A DNA stretch of 64,000 bases from NCBI RefSeq assembly GCF_001194135.2, contig NC_068999.1:16050268-16114267 (forward strand), read 5' to 3'. The position numbers and the translations under genes are program-made. The notes beneath the pieces are model-generated. The model saw nothing but the letters and a program-made list of their open reading frames with translations, was not told the DNA's origin and ran no database searches. Shown one piece after another: positions 13,201 to 26,002 of the stretch. This DNA is from Octopus bimaculoides. Its lineage: Eukaryota. Each line of letters starts with the position of its first letter. The stretch's first letter is position 1.

Positions 13201-13481
13201 AACAACAAACAAGATAAGGACAAATAGCCGTAAAATGTAAATAATGTAAATAATGATTTCGCGGTTCTCATGTTGCAATCGCTGCTACTACTTTTCCTCC
13301 TACATCGACCCTAATGGTCAACTGATATGAAAAAACAAACAAAAAAACAATGAAAACTTTGTCCCCGGCGATATTTCAACTAAGAACGTAAAGATCTGGG
13401 AGGAGCGTTACTAAGTATTTACGTCTAATGTCGTCCAAGCGTTTCTGTCAGCCTCGCTGCCTTGTGGTATTAATTATAAAA

Positions 13482-13482
<1 letters not shown>

Positions 13483-13563
<81 letters not shown>

Positions 13564-13606
13564 CGATGATGATGATGATTATGATGATGATGATGATGAT
13601 GATGAT
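13483..13606 (+). repeat. Compound (AAT)n(GAT)n microsatellite
   Basis: Directly visible. Confidence 0.97.
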
Positions 13607-14867
13607 AATGCCAACAACAACAATTGGGTATACAATCTGATGGTCAGAAATTTGGCGGGAAGAGAATGTTTTGTTGGAACTGAAAGCGGTGGTGTTGTCG
13701 GGGTGGGGAGGGTGCTTTACAATTTAGGCTTACGGCTATATTAAATATAAAGCAAATACGATGAAAAAGGAAGATGTATGTAAACCTAGCAACTAAATAA
13801 GATTAAAAAAACAAAAAAAACTAAAATAATTGATCGAGATCCGGCAACATTGTTCTTTTGTGAACAAAATCTCATTACTTTTATTCATTGCAAAATCTTC
13901 TGGTAAAATGATGTGAGTGGAATTTTATTTCCTTTGTGTTTTTGTTTGTGTGTTTGTTTTGTTTCTTTTTTTTCCTCCAGATATAATTTACATTAATCAC
14001 GGTTAAATAACCAATCGTATTTCTCCGTAAACTAATCTTTAAACTAAATATGTCTTGGATATTATCCTATATAATTTAGTTAACATCCTTAATGTTTTAT
14101 TTTTAGTTTATCGTATTTTTATATGTTCTTTTTTTAATGTCTATCCTGCCTTTCCGTCTAGCTTTCTTTCTTTCACCTCTCTTCTTTGATTTTATTTTAA
14201 TTAATCTCTTTCAATAACTCCTCACCGTTTACGGATAACTATTTGTTGGGACACATTCTGGAATGTTATTAAAATAGTACTTTATTTCCCTCTAATTGAT
14301 TTTCTTTATTAACGCATTTGTTTTCCTCACATATTTCTTTGTTGATATTGTTGTAGTTATTGTGGTTGTTCGTCTTCGTCTTTCTTCCCTACTTCTTCTC
14401 ATTCTTCTTCATCAGTATTATCATCATCTTCCTCCTCCTCCTTGTTCATCATCCGGCTTCTTTATGTCAATTCATTTCAGATTACTCAATGTTCAGTCGA
14501 TAAAGATAATTACTAAAGATTAATGATCGTTCTATCTCTTCATTTCGTTTATTTATTTGATCACCCACCATTTTGTTCATCCACCTTTCCGCCCATATGT
14601 CAGCGTTAGGAACAAATCGTGTTAACTCTCTTCCATTTGAGTTAGATATAATTGTTGTGGTATAGGCCCAAGTCGGTTCTGGTAAATGAAGGCCTATGAT
14701 CAAAACCAAACTAAATATGACCGTTGAAGCTTTTTTACTTTTCTATTTTCCGAGACAAGGTTTAATTTAAAGAATATTTAATTATGACTGTACCTGGCGT
14801 TTCAAATTCAAAGAATTGCAATTGCGTAAAATACATAATAAGAGGCTCATTATCATTTATCCCAACT

Positions 14868-14910
14868 GGGGTTAAATGTATTTCTCTGCGGGAGAAATAC
14901 ATTTAACCCC
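14868..14910. repeat. Perfect 19-bp-arm hairpin
   Basis: ggggttaaatgtatttctc-tgcgg-gagaaatacatttaacccc. Confidence 0.95.
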
Positions 14911-15134
14911 GGTGAGCTGGCAAAATCGTTAGCACGCCGGGCTAAATGCTTAGCAGTATTTCGTTTGTTATTACGTCCTAAGTTCAAATTCCTCCTAGGT
15001 CGACTTTGTCGTTCATCGTTTTGGGGGCGATAAATTAAGTACCAGTTGTGTACTGTAGTCGATCTAATCGACTAGTCACCCCCCCCCCCAAACAAATATC
15101 GGGCCTATTGCCTAGAGTAAAAAAAATAATAATT
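14911..15134 (+). mobile_element. tRNA-derived SINE, family B
   Basis: Head ggtgagctggcaaaatcgttagcacgccggg (A-box-like), aagttcaaattcc (B-box-like), core ggtcgactttg...gataaattaagtaccagttg, and an A/AAT tail. Confidence 0.9.
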
Positions 15135-16006
15135 GTGCGGTGTAAATCGTGCATGGTAGGTTAAATACATTATATTTTTTCATACATTATTATATAACCT
15201 ACTTGTGTTTATTTCTAAAATTTTATAAAACTTACTGTTTCTATCGTGTTGAAAAAGATCTTAAAGGCCGAAGTGTGTTTATGGAAAGCGTAACAAAGTG
15301 TGTGGTTTGCTATATATAATGTAACATAATCTATATTTGTACATGGCAGTAAATGTTTAAATAACGAAATAAATTGGAAATAAATGATAGAGTTAAAGTT
15401 TACAAGAACCGGCCTGTTCATATTTCTGTCCACACAAATAGTACTATATTTTTACACATCAATTATACAGAAACAAATAACAACTTTACTATTGCATTAT
15501 CCATAATCATAAAAGGTTTTCCTTTTGTTTTGTTGTCTTTTTGGGGTTTTTTTTTTTTTTGCGAATGGATGCTTCCACTGAAATATCATGCAAGTAGAAC
15601 AGTCCAAAGCCACGTGTACTCTTAATTAATACACTGGTGAATACTGTGTAAATTTGTGCAAGAAAGATTTCAAATTAAATATCTTTGAAAGGTTGACTGT
15701 CGTACATACATGCATACAGACATATACATGCATACGCGCGCGCACACACACACTCGTATATACCTTTTCTTTCTCTATATAAGTACTAGGACGCTCAAAA
15801 TGAAAGAAAGAAATGAATTACATGGAAATGATATTTCATATGTTCTCTAACTGTTCAGAAAAAGTTCTCTCATAATAATAATAAGAAATCTGAGGTTCGC
15901 TCACTTGTTCACAATTCTATCGGATGCGGCTGTGCATCATTAATTAGCAAGAGATGTCCTCTTGTGGTTAAAAAAAATCGGTTATTATTCTGTAAATAAT
16001 ATGTGA

Positions 16007-16110
16007 CAATTATTCAGTAGCCTTTATAAAACTCCGAGTTTCGAATGTCAGGGCGGAAACGCTCGCCGCCATCTCTTCAGTTATCTGGCCATCGATGGCC
16101 AGAATAATTG
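16007..16110 (-). ncRNA. Type I hammerhead ribozyme with all core elements
   Basis: Minus strand: caattattc-tggccatcgatggccag-ATAA-CTGAAGA-[GATG..GCGG..CCGC..CATTC]-GAA-ACTCGGAGT-T-TTAT-aaaggctact-gaataattg. It has both conserved boxes, a G-C closing stem II, stem III ACT/AGT, a GUU triplet, stem I ATAA/TTAT and a 9-bp distal closing helix. Confidence 0.75.
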
Positions 16111-16546
16111 NNNNNNNNNNNNNNNNNNNNNNNNNNNNNNNNNNNNNNNNNNNNNNNNNNNNNNNNNNNNNNNNNNNNNNNNNNNNNNNNNNNNNNNNNN
16201 NNNNNNNNNNNNNNNNNNNNNNNNNNNNNNNNNNNNNNNNNNNNNNNNNNNNNNNNNNNNNNNNNNNNNNNNNNNNNNNNNNNNNNNNNNNNNNNNNNNN
16301 NNNNNNNNNNNNNNNNNNNNNNNNNNNNNNNNNNNNNNNNNNNNNNNNNNNNNNNNNNNNNNNNNNNNNNNNNNNNNNNNNNNNNNNNNNNNNNNNNNNN
16401 NNNNNNNNNNNNNNNNNNNNNNNNNNNNNNNNNNNNNNNNNNNNNNNNNNNNNNNNNNNNNNNNNNNNNNNNNNNNNNNNNNNNNNNNNNNNNNNNNNNN
16501 NNNNNNNNNNNNNNNNNNNNNNNNNNNNNNNNNNNNNNNNNNNNNN

Positions 16547-16578
<32 letters not shown>

Positions 16579-17721
16579 GTGTGTGTGTGTATGTATATGT
16601 TTGTACATCTATATGTATGTAAATATGCGTGGAGGGTGAGTAACACTGAACGTATTTTTTTCTGTAATTATTTTAACCTAGATCAGCCATGATGAATAAG
16701 ATCTATTATTAAAGACGTTATTTCCGAGACCATCCCATATTTATTGTATACCTTTGAATACGTTATTCTTTGTGTCCCTAGCACGAATAGGTGCTCATCC
16801 TTGCATGTCAGTCAGTTCGTTGCTGCGTGTGCTTGAGACACCGGCACATTCATACACACTCGCTCACTCAATTACTTGCTAACTCACTCACTCACTCATT
16901 CACTCACTCACAGTTTGAGAGAGAAAGAGCATGTGTGAGAGAATGTATTACTCTGTTTGCACAAATATGTGTATACAAATGCGTAGATTGTGAATTGAAT
17001 TGTACATTTCTCCTTCGAAAGAAACCAAAATCCAGATTATGAATGAAAGAAAGATAAACTACTAAGCTGGTTTTACCATTCATTAATAATTTAATGTCTC
17101 TGAGTGGCTCCGTTTCATATTATACTGCGTTGCTCTGAGTAAGCTGTTGCACATGTTTTTTCCTTTTTTTTGCTTTTTAGTTTTACACTGCTTTTCAATC
17201 AAGTTATCTATCGGCTTTCTCTCAGACACTCCCTCTTTTCCTCTCACTCTCCTTCTTTCTCTCTCGGTCCGTCAGTTTGTATTTTTCTGTCTCCCTCATA
17301 ACTCTTTCTCTTATATTTATCTGTCTCTCTTCATCGTGTGACTGTTTCTTCTAGATTTAATATTCTTCTATAATAAGAAATGCCATCATACCTGGTTGGT
17401 TTTCTTGAACTAGAGTTTAAGCTTTATGGTTCTGCCGTAAACGATATTCATACTTTTCATACTGATGCTTATAATTTAAATTGAAATAATTATTCCGCGA
17501 GAATTACATACATCAGTAGTGAATGCAAGTGATCGGACTAATTCATAACTATCTCTACTCGCCTGCTCTCTCTCCTCCTCATTCATTCTCTCTCTCTCTC
17601 CCTCATTGTATATATATATNNNNNNNNNNNNNNNNNNNNNNNNNNNNNNNNNNNNNNNNNNNNNNNNNNNNNNNNNNNNNNNNNNNNNNNNNNNNNNNNN
17701 NNNNNNNNNNNNNNNNNNNAT

Positions 17722-17754
<33 letters not shown>

Positions 17755-17760
17755 ATGTAT

Positions 17761-17791
<31 letters not shown>

Positions 17792-17859
17792 CTTATACTT
17801 ATATATACATATATATATAAATATACATACATACACACTCACACACACACACACACACG

Positions 17860-17891
<32 letters not shown>

Positions 17892-18319
17892 CACACACAG
17901 TACCTCTCTCCATCTATGTACCTCATTCTGTAAATTTGGATCTTAATGTAATAAGTTTTCGCTGGATACCTGGTCCTTGTTGGTATTAAAGAATATTTTC
18001 AGATCGACTAATGCGTAAACTTTCAAATGAAGAATCATTCAAAACATTATACACGTACATGTACATATTTGTGTCCAGGGAGAATCGATCATAACAATAT
18101 AAGAGTATTTCTTTGTCGATAGAATATATTAGTCTTTATATTTTTTCTATTCAATGTTTTATATATACTATGATATGAATAGCATTGACAGTAACTTTGC
18201 AGTATGGGCCAGCTACGTCATCATCGGACTGTTATGTATTAAATTAATCTTGGCTTTCTATAGTTTTTGATTTGATACATTTTTTCTGGGGTTTGTGGGG
18301 TTAGTTGAAGGCTGTTTTT

Positions 18320-18552
18320 TCTTATGAGGACATAAATATAACAGCATTGGCTGTCAAGCGATGGCGGGGGCGGGACAAACACAGACACACACAAATACAC
18401 ACACACGGACACACATACAACAACCTTCTTTCGGTTTCCTTCTAACAAATCCATTCACAGGGCCTCCATCGTCTCAAGGATATAATAGAAGAAACTTGCC
18501 GAAGGTGACACAGTGGTTGGGAAACAAGATTCTTACTACTCAACCACGGCTG
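18320..18552 (-). mobile_element. Decayed SINE, family A
   Basis: ctgtcaagcgatgg..., (CA)n spacer and ttctttcggtttccttctaacaaatccattcacaggg match the reverse complement of the 31558-31957 copy. Confidence 0.75.
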
Positions 18553-18987
18553 CGGCTCTGTGTGTGTGTGTGTGGGGGGGGTGTGTATTCTGATCGAATC
18601 CTCTCTGTGTTAACATGAGCCTCGTAACAATAAAGTAAAATTGATTTGATGAAGACACACTTCGCCTGAATTGTAGCTTGTGCTATACAGTTCAAATGGA
18701 TATATACCACTTCCGAGGTTTTGCTCACTATGGAACATATACAACACGGATTTTATCTACTCAATTCCTTGACTCTTGGATCTTTATTCGCATACCTGGA
18801 AATTCTGGTTGCCAACCGTGAATCATAAGATATTTTTTTTCAGTTTATCGCACTTCCATACGTTATACGTTCACAAACTTCCAAACCCCAAAAACCACTA
18901 TTGTTCCGGAAAGTTGTTTAATTTAATACTTTTTTGCGGAATGCTTGAAGCTCACTTTCCTGCTACACCTTCATCCATGGATCTTAC

Positions 18988-19029
<42 letters not shown>

Positions 19030-19035
19030 ATACCA

Positions 19036-19079
<44 letters not shown>

Positions 19080-19770
19080 CATTTACATGTATATGGATGC
19101 ATGAGCACATAGATTTGTTGTTGAATATCTGTGTGGTATGCAGATGTAAGATGTATGAACAAAATTCAAATACGACTTAAATAACAAATATATCTATTAA
19201 ATCACGTGGCTATACGTGCCTTGTACTTTTAGATTACGATTGTTAAGCTTCGTATTTTATATATATTTCTATTTAAGTTTTAAGGCTATTGAAATCCATT
19301 GTCGGAGATGGCTATTAATAGGAGATTGTTTGTTGAAGATAGAAGCAAGAATTCTATTTTGAAATCTTATATATTACAAAAGTCCTGAAAACGACAGATA
19401 ATTATCAATACCAACAACTGAAGCAGCAATAACTGCAATATAAGTGCCAACCTATGAGTAGAAGCGAAATCTATACGATCAGTTTAACTAATAATTCGAA
19501 AACAAATTTTCAACTACTTCTTCATTATAATATTGATTTACTTGTCTCGCAGCAGCGAAGTCCATTTGTCAATTTGATGGAAAGGAGCATCATTTCATAT
19601 TAACTATTTCCACTTTCTGTTGGTGTGGTAAATCCGACAGAGTGAGCTGAGTGTCATTAAGTACAATTACTATCAAATGTTCTTTTGGCACTAAACCGAC
19701 TCTTCCAGGTATATGACCAGTATTGATACCGTCGCAGAATCTCTATGAGATTCCAGATCTCGCTCAATAT

Positions 19771-19840
19771 CCGAGTTCATATTTAGCTCAGTTAAAAGTT
19801 TCTTTTCATCATCTGCGGGTCGATAAGGTAAGTACCAATA
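19771..19840 (+). mobile_element. Decayed SINE family B fragment
   Basis: ccgagttcatattt...cttttcatcatctgcgggtcgataaggtaagtacca matches the B-box and core. Confidence 0.6.
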
Positions 19841-20208
19841 CTCGACAGCAGATTTAAGGAAGTGTTAAACATTATCAGCTAAGATGTTTCATGCAATATT
19901 TCGATCCCTTTCGTTCTCAGTTCAAATCGTTTCGTGGGTTTACCTATGTGGTATACTTCTACCGTCTTCTAGTTTAACACCTCTGCATAGTAAAGTAGAC
20001 GCTCAGCGCTACAAACATTGTAGCCTCGTTTTGGTTAGAAAATAATTTCCACCATTATTGGTGATGGCGGGCTTGCGAAGATCCATTGTTTTGAATTCTC
20101 CCCAGAGGAAAATATAGTATAAAAAATATAGTATTTATTGTAACAATGTCTGATGGAGCTTGTGGAAGACTTATAAATCAAATATGTTATTCTATTATTC
20201 AGTTATTA

Positions 20209-20456
20209 TCTTATTTGTTTCAGTCCTTTAAATACGGCCATGCGGGAGCACCGCCTTTAGTCGAACAAATCGACCCCAGTACTTATTCTTTGTAATCCTA
20301 GTACTTATTCTATCGGTCTGTTTTGCCGAACCCCTATGTTACGGGGAGGTGAACACACCAACATCGGTTGTCAAGCGATGGTGGGAGGACAATCAAAGAC
20401 ACACAAACATACACACACACATACACACACACACACACACATGCACACACACATAA

Positions 20457-20493
<37 letters not shown>

Positions 20494-20651
20494 ACAGGCT
20501 TCTTTTATATTCCGTCTACCAAATCCACTCACAAGGCTTTAATCGGCCCGAGGCTATAGTTGAAGACCCTTGCCCAAGGTGCCACGCAGTGGGACTGAAC
20601 CCATAACCATGTGGTTGGTAAGCAAGCTACTTACCACACAGCCACCCCTGC
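20209..20651 (-). mobile_element. Full-length tRNA-derived SINE, family A
   Basis: Reverse complement gives head tggctgtgtggtaagtagcttgcttaccaacc, B-box-like ggttcagtccc, CORE-like ccttgggcaag, an internal (TA)n(TG)n spacer and a 3' half; close match to 31558-31957. Confidence 0.93.
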
Positions 20652-22089
20652 TAATATTAATAATAGAAATAAGCAATTTCTGATAAATATGTAATTATAA
20701 AAGATTGAATATATTGTCTTCAAAGTAAATTACAATTTAGGTTATTTAAGTACTAACAGACTAATCTAATAGTACAAATACAGCTAAATATTAAGTTAAT
20801 TCACACTGTATGTTGAATTAACTGAAAATATGTATTTATTATATGTCAGTATAGTACAAACTTACGTTACTATTTCGCTTTAGCAGTTTGTTATATACAT
20901 TCGTTCAAAATAGTTTCTTCCGACATACAATCCTGAAATGAATACTTTTTTTGGTTATCTATGATTTACAGCCAAGTAAAGTAATCGATAGACATGATTC
21001 ATTGGATATTTAAGAATTCGGATTCAATGGCCTGGGACTTTATACCAAATATATTTTCAAATACTGGAAACTAAATGATCTATTATCGTAAAAGAAGAAT
21101 GTAACGTATCTTCTACACCAGAATCTAGACTAAGCTACATTACAAATTTCGATGTGTAAAAAAAATACATATATATATATTCATATAGAATGGGAAAGAA
21201 ACTTTCCTGAAGATTCATTTATTCTGGAACAAATCTTCTAATATACTGCTATTCTGAAGCTATGATCCATCAGAACTTCATTTCAAATACATAAGTAGAA
21301 ATGAATATGAAATTCTTCAGACATCTGGGACATATTTTCTAGTGTTACATTAGTTTTATATCAATGTACGTTTAATTTAAGCCTGCCGTTTTAGAAGCAT
21401 CTATCTTTCAAAATGAACTTATATTAGTACACCCTAACATGGCGATGAGTAAATAGAACTACGGAATTACATGAAAGTCACACGTTTATTAAAGACTGTT
21501 TTCAATTCATGGATGATGCTCCACTATCTCAAATGTATTAATTATAAATAATCTTATTTCATTAGCTGGTCATAATTACTTGCTATATTCGTGCTTGACA
21601 TTAAGCATGCTTCCACTAACGAAATAGCTCTACCACATCAGCTACCGATTCCATCATCTGGGAATCATACCTGCGAATAAACAGCTACAAATCGCGGAAA
21701 GGAATTTACAGTTACTCTGCTTACTCTTAAGAAACCGCAACACATTAACAGCGGTCTTTCTGATTTAATTGGATTCATATTTAATAAATATGCATCAGAG
21801 AGCATATTCGGCAACTTTAAACGGTTGTATAAATGTATTTCATCTTAATTTATTTTGTAATTCCTCTATTTATTTTTTTTGTGTTGTTTGATTGTGAATA
21901 TAATTAACATTATGTTTGTTTCCCCGTAAGTGTTTATTCTTAAACGCTAATCACAGTATGATACGATGATAATTATAGTGAAAATTTAATTAGTATTAGG
22001 CTTACCGAACCAGGATAGAGCATCTATATAGCTGTATAGTGCATGTAGTTAAAATATTAGATAAGTCTCCATGAAATGACAGACAGCCG

Positions 22090-22235
22090 ACTATGAAGAA
22101 AAGATGAGGGACCGTATTTGATAATGAATTTGATACGCATTATAGCGACAGAAAGACAAGTATGGCCATGACTGAATGGAACACTTTTGATCCCTAGAAT
22201 GCATGAAGAGGGTGGATCGGACATTAAACGAAAGC
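22090..22235 (+). pseudogene. Possible decayed RTE-type LINE C-terminal fragment
   Basis: Frame HYSDRKTSMAMTEWNT resembles the RTE C-terminal D.RWTK.xTEW motif; a W.xDI-like segment follows in a shifted frame. Confidence 0.25.
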
Positions 22236-22687
22236 AATAATGCAACTAACACATGGGACTAAAAGGAAGAAATGACAGCCATGGTCATGTAATTAAGAAA
22301 AACAGCATGCAATTAAGTGGTTTGGGTCAATCCCAATGCGTATAACCATATGCAATCTTGTATCATAGCTTCAGAACAACAAAAGTCATTAAGCGAGATA
22401 TACTAGAAGCAAATGTGTGAGAACCTGTTGGCACGAAAATGCTTCATCTTGGTTTGGATTCTTAAGTCTTTACATTTTAACGTAAACACTTTTCGTTTCA
22501 GTGATGTTATTGGAGACTAGTACAAGGAGTGCTGTAAGGTCACCAGTCACTTCCTGGTATCTGAGATATCCACGTTTTTTTTTCTTAAACAGTAACTCAT
22601 AAATAAATGATAACCTATTAGGATGTTAAAGCTGTAAGTGAAATGAAATAAATACTTATATATATATATACAGAGAGAGAGAGAGAA

Positions 22688-22979
22688 GGGAGCAGTCCGT
22701 CGGTTAAGACGACGAGGGTGCCAAACTATGCGATCTATAGAACAGCTTGCGCGTGAAATTAACGTGCAAGTGGTTGAGTACAACACAGAGACGTGTACCC
22801 TTAACGTAGTTCTCAGGAAGATTCAGCGTGGCGCAGAGTGTAATAAGGTGAAATACAGGTACTACTCATTGGTGCAATGTGGAATAAAGTGTCTTTTTCA
22901 AGCACACAACGCGTCGACTGGAATCGACCTCACGACCTAACGATCGTGACCCCAATGCCCTTAACACTAAACCACGTGC
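22688..22979 (-). mobile_element. tRNA-derived SINE, family C
   Basis: Minus-strand head gcacgtggtttagtgttaagggc (A-box) and gaggtcgattcc (B-box-like), then a CORE-like gttgtgtgcttgaaaaagacacttt segment. Confidence 0.8.
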
Positions 22980-23049
22980 TGACACACACACACATATATA
23001 TATATTTATGTAATATATATATATATATATTATTTTATCTTTCTGTTAT

Positions 23050-23430
23050 TCTTTTACTTGTTTCAGTCATTTGACTGTGGCCATGCTGGAGCACCATCTT
23101 TTAGTCGAGCAAATCGACTCCAGGACTATTTTCTTTGTAAGCCTCGTACTTATTCTATCGGTCTCTTTTTGCCGAACCGCTAATTTATGGGGACGTAAAC
23201 ACACTAGCAACACGTGTCAAGCAATTTAGGAGGGGGGAAACAAACACAGACACGCAAACACAGACACACAAACACATACACACACATATGTATATACATA
23301 TATACGACGAGCTTCTTTCAGTTTCCGTCTACCAAATCCACTCCCGAGTCTTTGGTCGGCCCGAGGCTATAGCAGAGGTACCCGGAACCATGTGGTTGGT
23401 CAGCAAGCTACTTACCACACAGTCACTCCT
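23050..23430 (-). mobile_element. SINE family A copy with an internal deletion
   Basis: Matches 20209-20651 but lacks the acttgcccaaggtgccacgcagtgggactgaa segment (B-box and CORE start) near 23378. Confidence 0.92.
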
Positions 23431-24151
23431 ATANNNNNNNNNNNNNNNNNNNNNNNNNNNNNNNNNNNNNNNNNNNNNNNNNNNNNNNNNNNNNNNNNNN
23501 NNNNNNNNNNNNNNNNNNNNNNNNNNNNNNNNNNNNNNNNNNNNNNNNNNNNNNNNNNNNNNNNNNNNNNNNNNNNNNNNNNNNNNNNNNNNNNNNNNNN
23601 NNNNNNNNNNNNNNNNNNNNNNNNNNNNNNNNNNNNNNNNNNNNNNNNNNTATATATATATATATATGCTGTCCTCATAGCAGTTTGCTGTGCGTGTTAG
23701 ACATCATAAAATCTTATGCCAATGTATTTCAAACATCCATTTTCGCATGATGTATGTCGACAACAACAATTTACGCTTAGATAATAGTTGAAGTGGCTGC
23801 ATTTACTCTGTCAGTTATATAAGTATTGCAGTGTCTCGAAAATAGCATTGTGAGTAAAACTGAAATTTATTACAAATATTCGTGCTCGGAAATAAACTAT
23901 AGAACTTTCAAATGGAATTTTCTGAACCTACTCTTCGTTTTTGCTTGTTTTTTGTTGTTTTGATTCCCCACTCCTGAGGGTTAAAATCAGAATTGAAGTA
24001 TAATGCTATGATAACATTAATTATTGCCACTGGTTTCTTGAGCGAAACATTTAGAAAAAAAACAAACAAACAGATACATATCTGTGCATCCATACATACA
24101 CGTATGTGTGTATGTATGTATGTATAGATCGATAGATAGACAGATTAGATC

Positions 24152-24214
<63 letters not shown>
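24152..24214 (+). repeat. (GATA)n microsatellite
   Basis: Directly visible. Confidence 0.95.
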
Positions 24215-24775
24215 GCACACATATACACATATATGTCCCCTATAATTATTGTTATTTAATCCAGTGTGAAACAGTAGGCTGATTCTTTTACGCCAGTCCC
24301 ATGAACAAATAACACATCCGAACACAAACACATCCATACACACATGCGTGCACATACATACATGCATACGTACATACATGCGTACATACATGCATATATA
24401 CTTACACACATACGTACATACAAAAAAATACATTTCAAGGAGTCAATCTCCATACCTTGCTATTTATACTTTCACTTTCTTTATTTGAGGATAATCTGAT
24501 GGATATTCGATTTGTCCAGAGAAAGAAAGAAACACCAAAGTTACGTTTTGATTTTCAACAGATAATTGTGGAATATATGCTAATGTATGCTATGTATGGT
24601 ATATTGTAGTTAGGAAATACCCGAATTATTTAAGCGTCCAATGTGGACAGAATAATAATGCTGAAACGGTTCTAAGATGAACGAGAACAGCAATGGCCTG
24701 TAAAGTTTTCCCTCAAAGATTTACATAGGTGCTTCACAATGGATGAAAATCTACCATATAATGGAATTATAAACT

Positions 24776-24810
<35 letters not shown>

Positions 24811-26002
24811 NNNNNNNNNNNNNNNNNNNNNNNNNNNNNNNNNNNNNNNNNNNNNNNNNNNNNNNNNNNNNNNNNNNNNNNNNNNNNNNNNNNNNNNNNN
24901 NNNNNNNNNNNNNNNNNNNNNNNNNNNNNNNNNNNNNNNNNNNNNNNNNNNNNNNNNNNNNNNNNNNNNNNNNNNNNNNNNNNNNNNNNNNNNNNNNNNN
25001 NNNNNNNNNNNNNNNNNNNATATATATATATATAAACAGATATAAACACACATCTGCTAGAGGCTTGGTTGTATATTTTCCTATTGTTTCAGTGAATAAA
25101 CCAGTTGTTTTTCTGTTTGTGCATAAACCAATGATCAACAAGTAGTTTCCAGTAGTTTTGTATTGCTAATTACTCTACATAACATAATTTAAGCGTGATT
25201 GTAGGTAATACTGAACAAAATATGCCGAAGTAGTTTCTATGTATTTAGGTTACATCATCTTAGAAAATCCGTCTGGAATTCCAGTAATGAAGTATCTAAC
25301 GTGTTTTCAAAGAATTTGCGGTGGTGTGTTTACTTTTTCTTTCTACTGTTCCTCAGCAGTAGTTATTCTCTAATTTATAATTAGTGAACACCATTTCATA
25401 TTGTTCACTCCCAAAATGGTTCAATCTAATTATAATACAATATCTGATAGTAATATATAGGAAATAAACATGGATTTGTTGCACGTAATCACAGAATCGC
25501 AGTAAACAATTATTCATTAATGAATAATTCACATTTGATAGGCTGATATTTACAAGAACCTCATAAAGATTGTACACACTCACACGCACGTACGTGCGTC
25601 CGCGTCCACACACAGACACACACACACGTACACACATACTGAAAAACACATACACGAACACAGGCATACACACGTAAATATCCACATACATTTTTCTATC
25701 TTTCTCCCCCTTCTTATATGTATATGTATACATATATGTATGTATATATGTGTATATATACATATATTAGTGTGTGTGTGTGTGCTAATATTTAGTAGAG
25801 GTAATAGACTGACGCATGGTCCCAGTGTTTCGTGCTTTTGTACTAATCAAGCTAGTCACAAGACTTTGACCTGTGATTAGTTTGAAAAGGAAGTCCTCGG
25901 TTGCAATTACACGGTTGGTTCTGCTAAATATTAATAAAAATGTACATATACTCATATTGTAAGTTCTACCGTTCGCTTCAACATAGCTATATATATATAT
26001 AT

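Larger units (their letters stand above)
12986..13260. mobile_element. Foldback element (inverted pLTR-like pair), Penelope-related
   Basis: Left arm (about 12995-13113) is the reverse complement of the right arm (about 13140-13260) with scattered mismatches and a 26-nt spacer. Each arm carries an HHR core. Confidence 0.8.

Noticed and set aside
14482-14709. 75-aa minus-strand ORF with ordinary amino-acid composition
   Set aside because: No recognisable family, a GTG/TTG-type start and no supporting splice signals.
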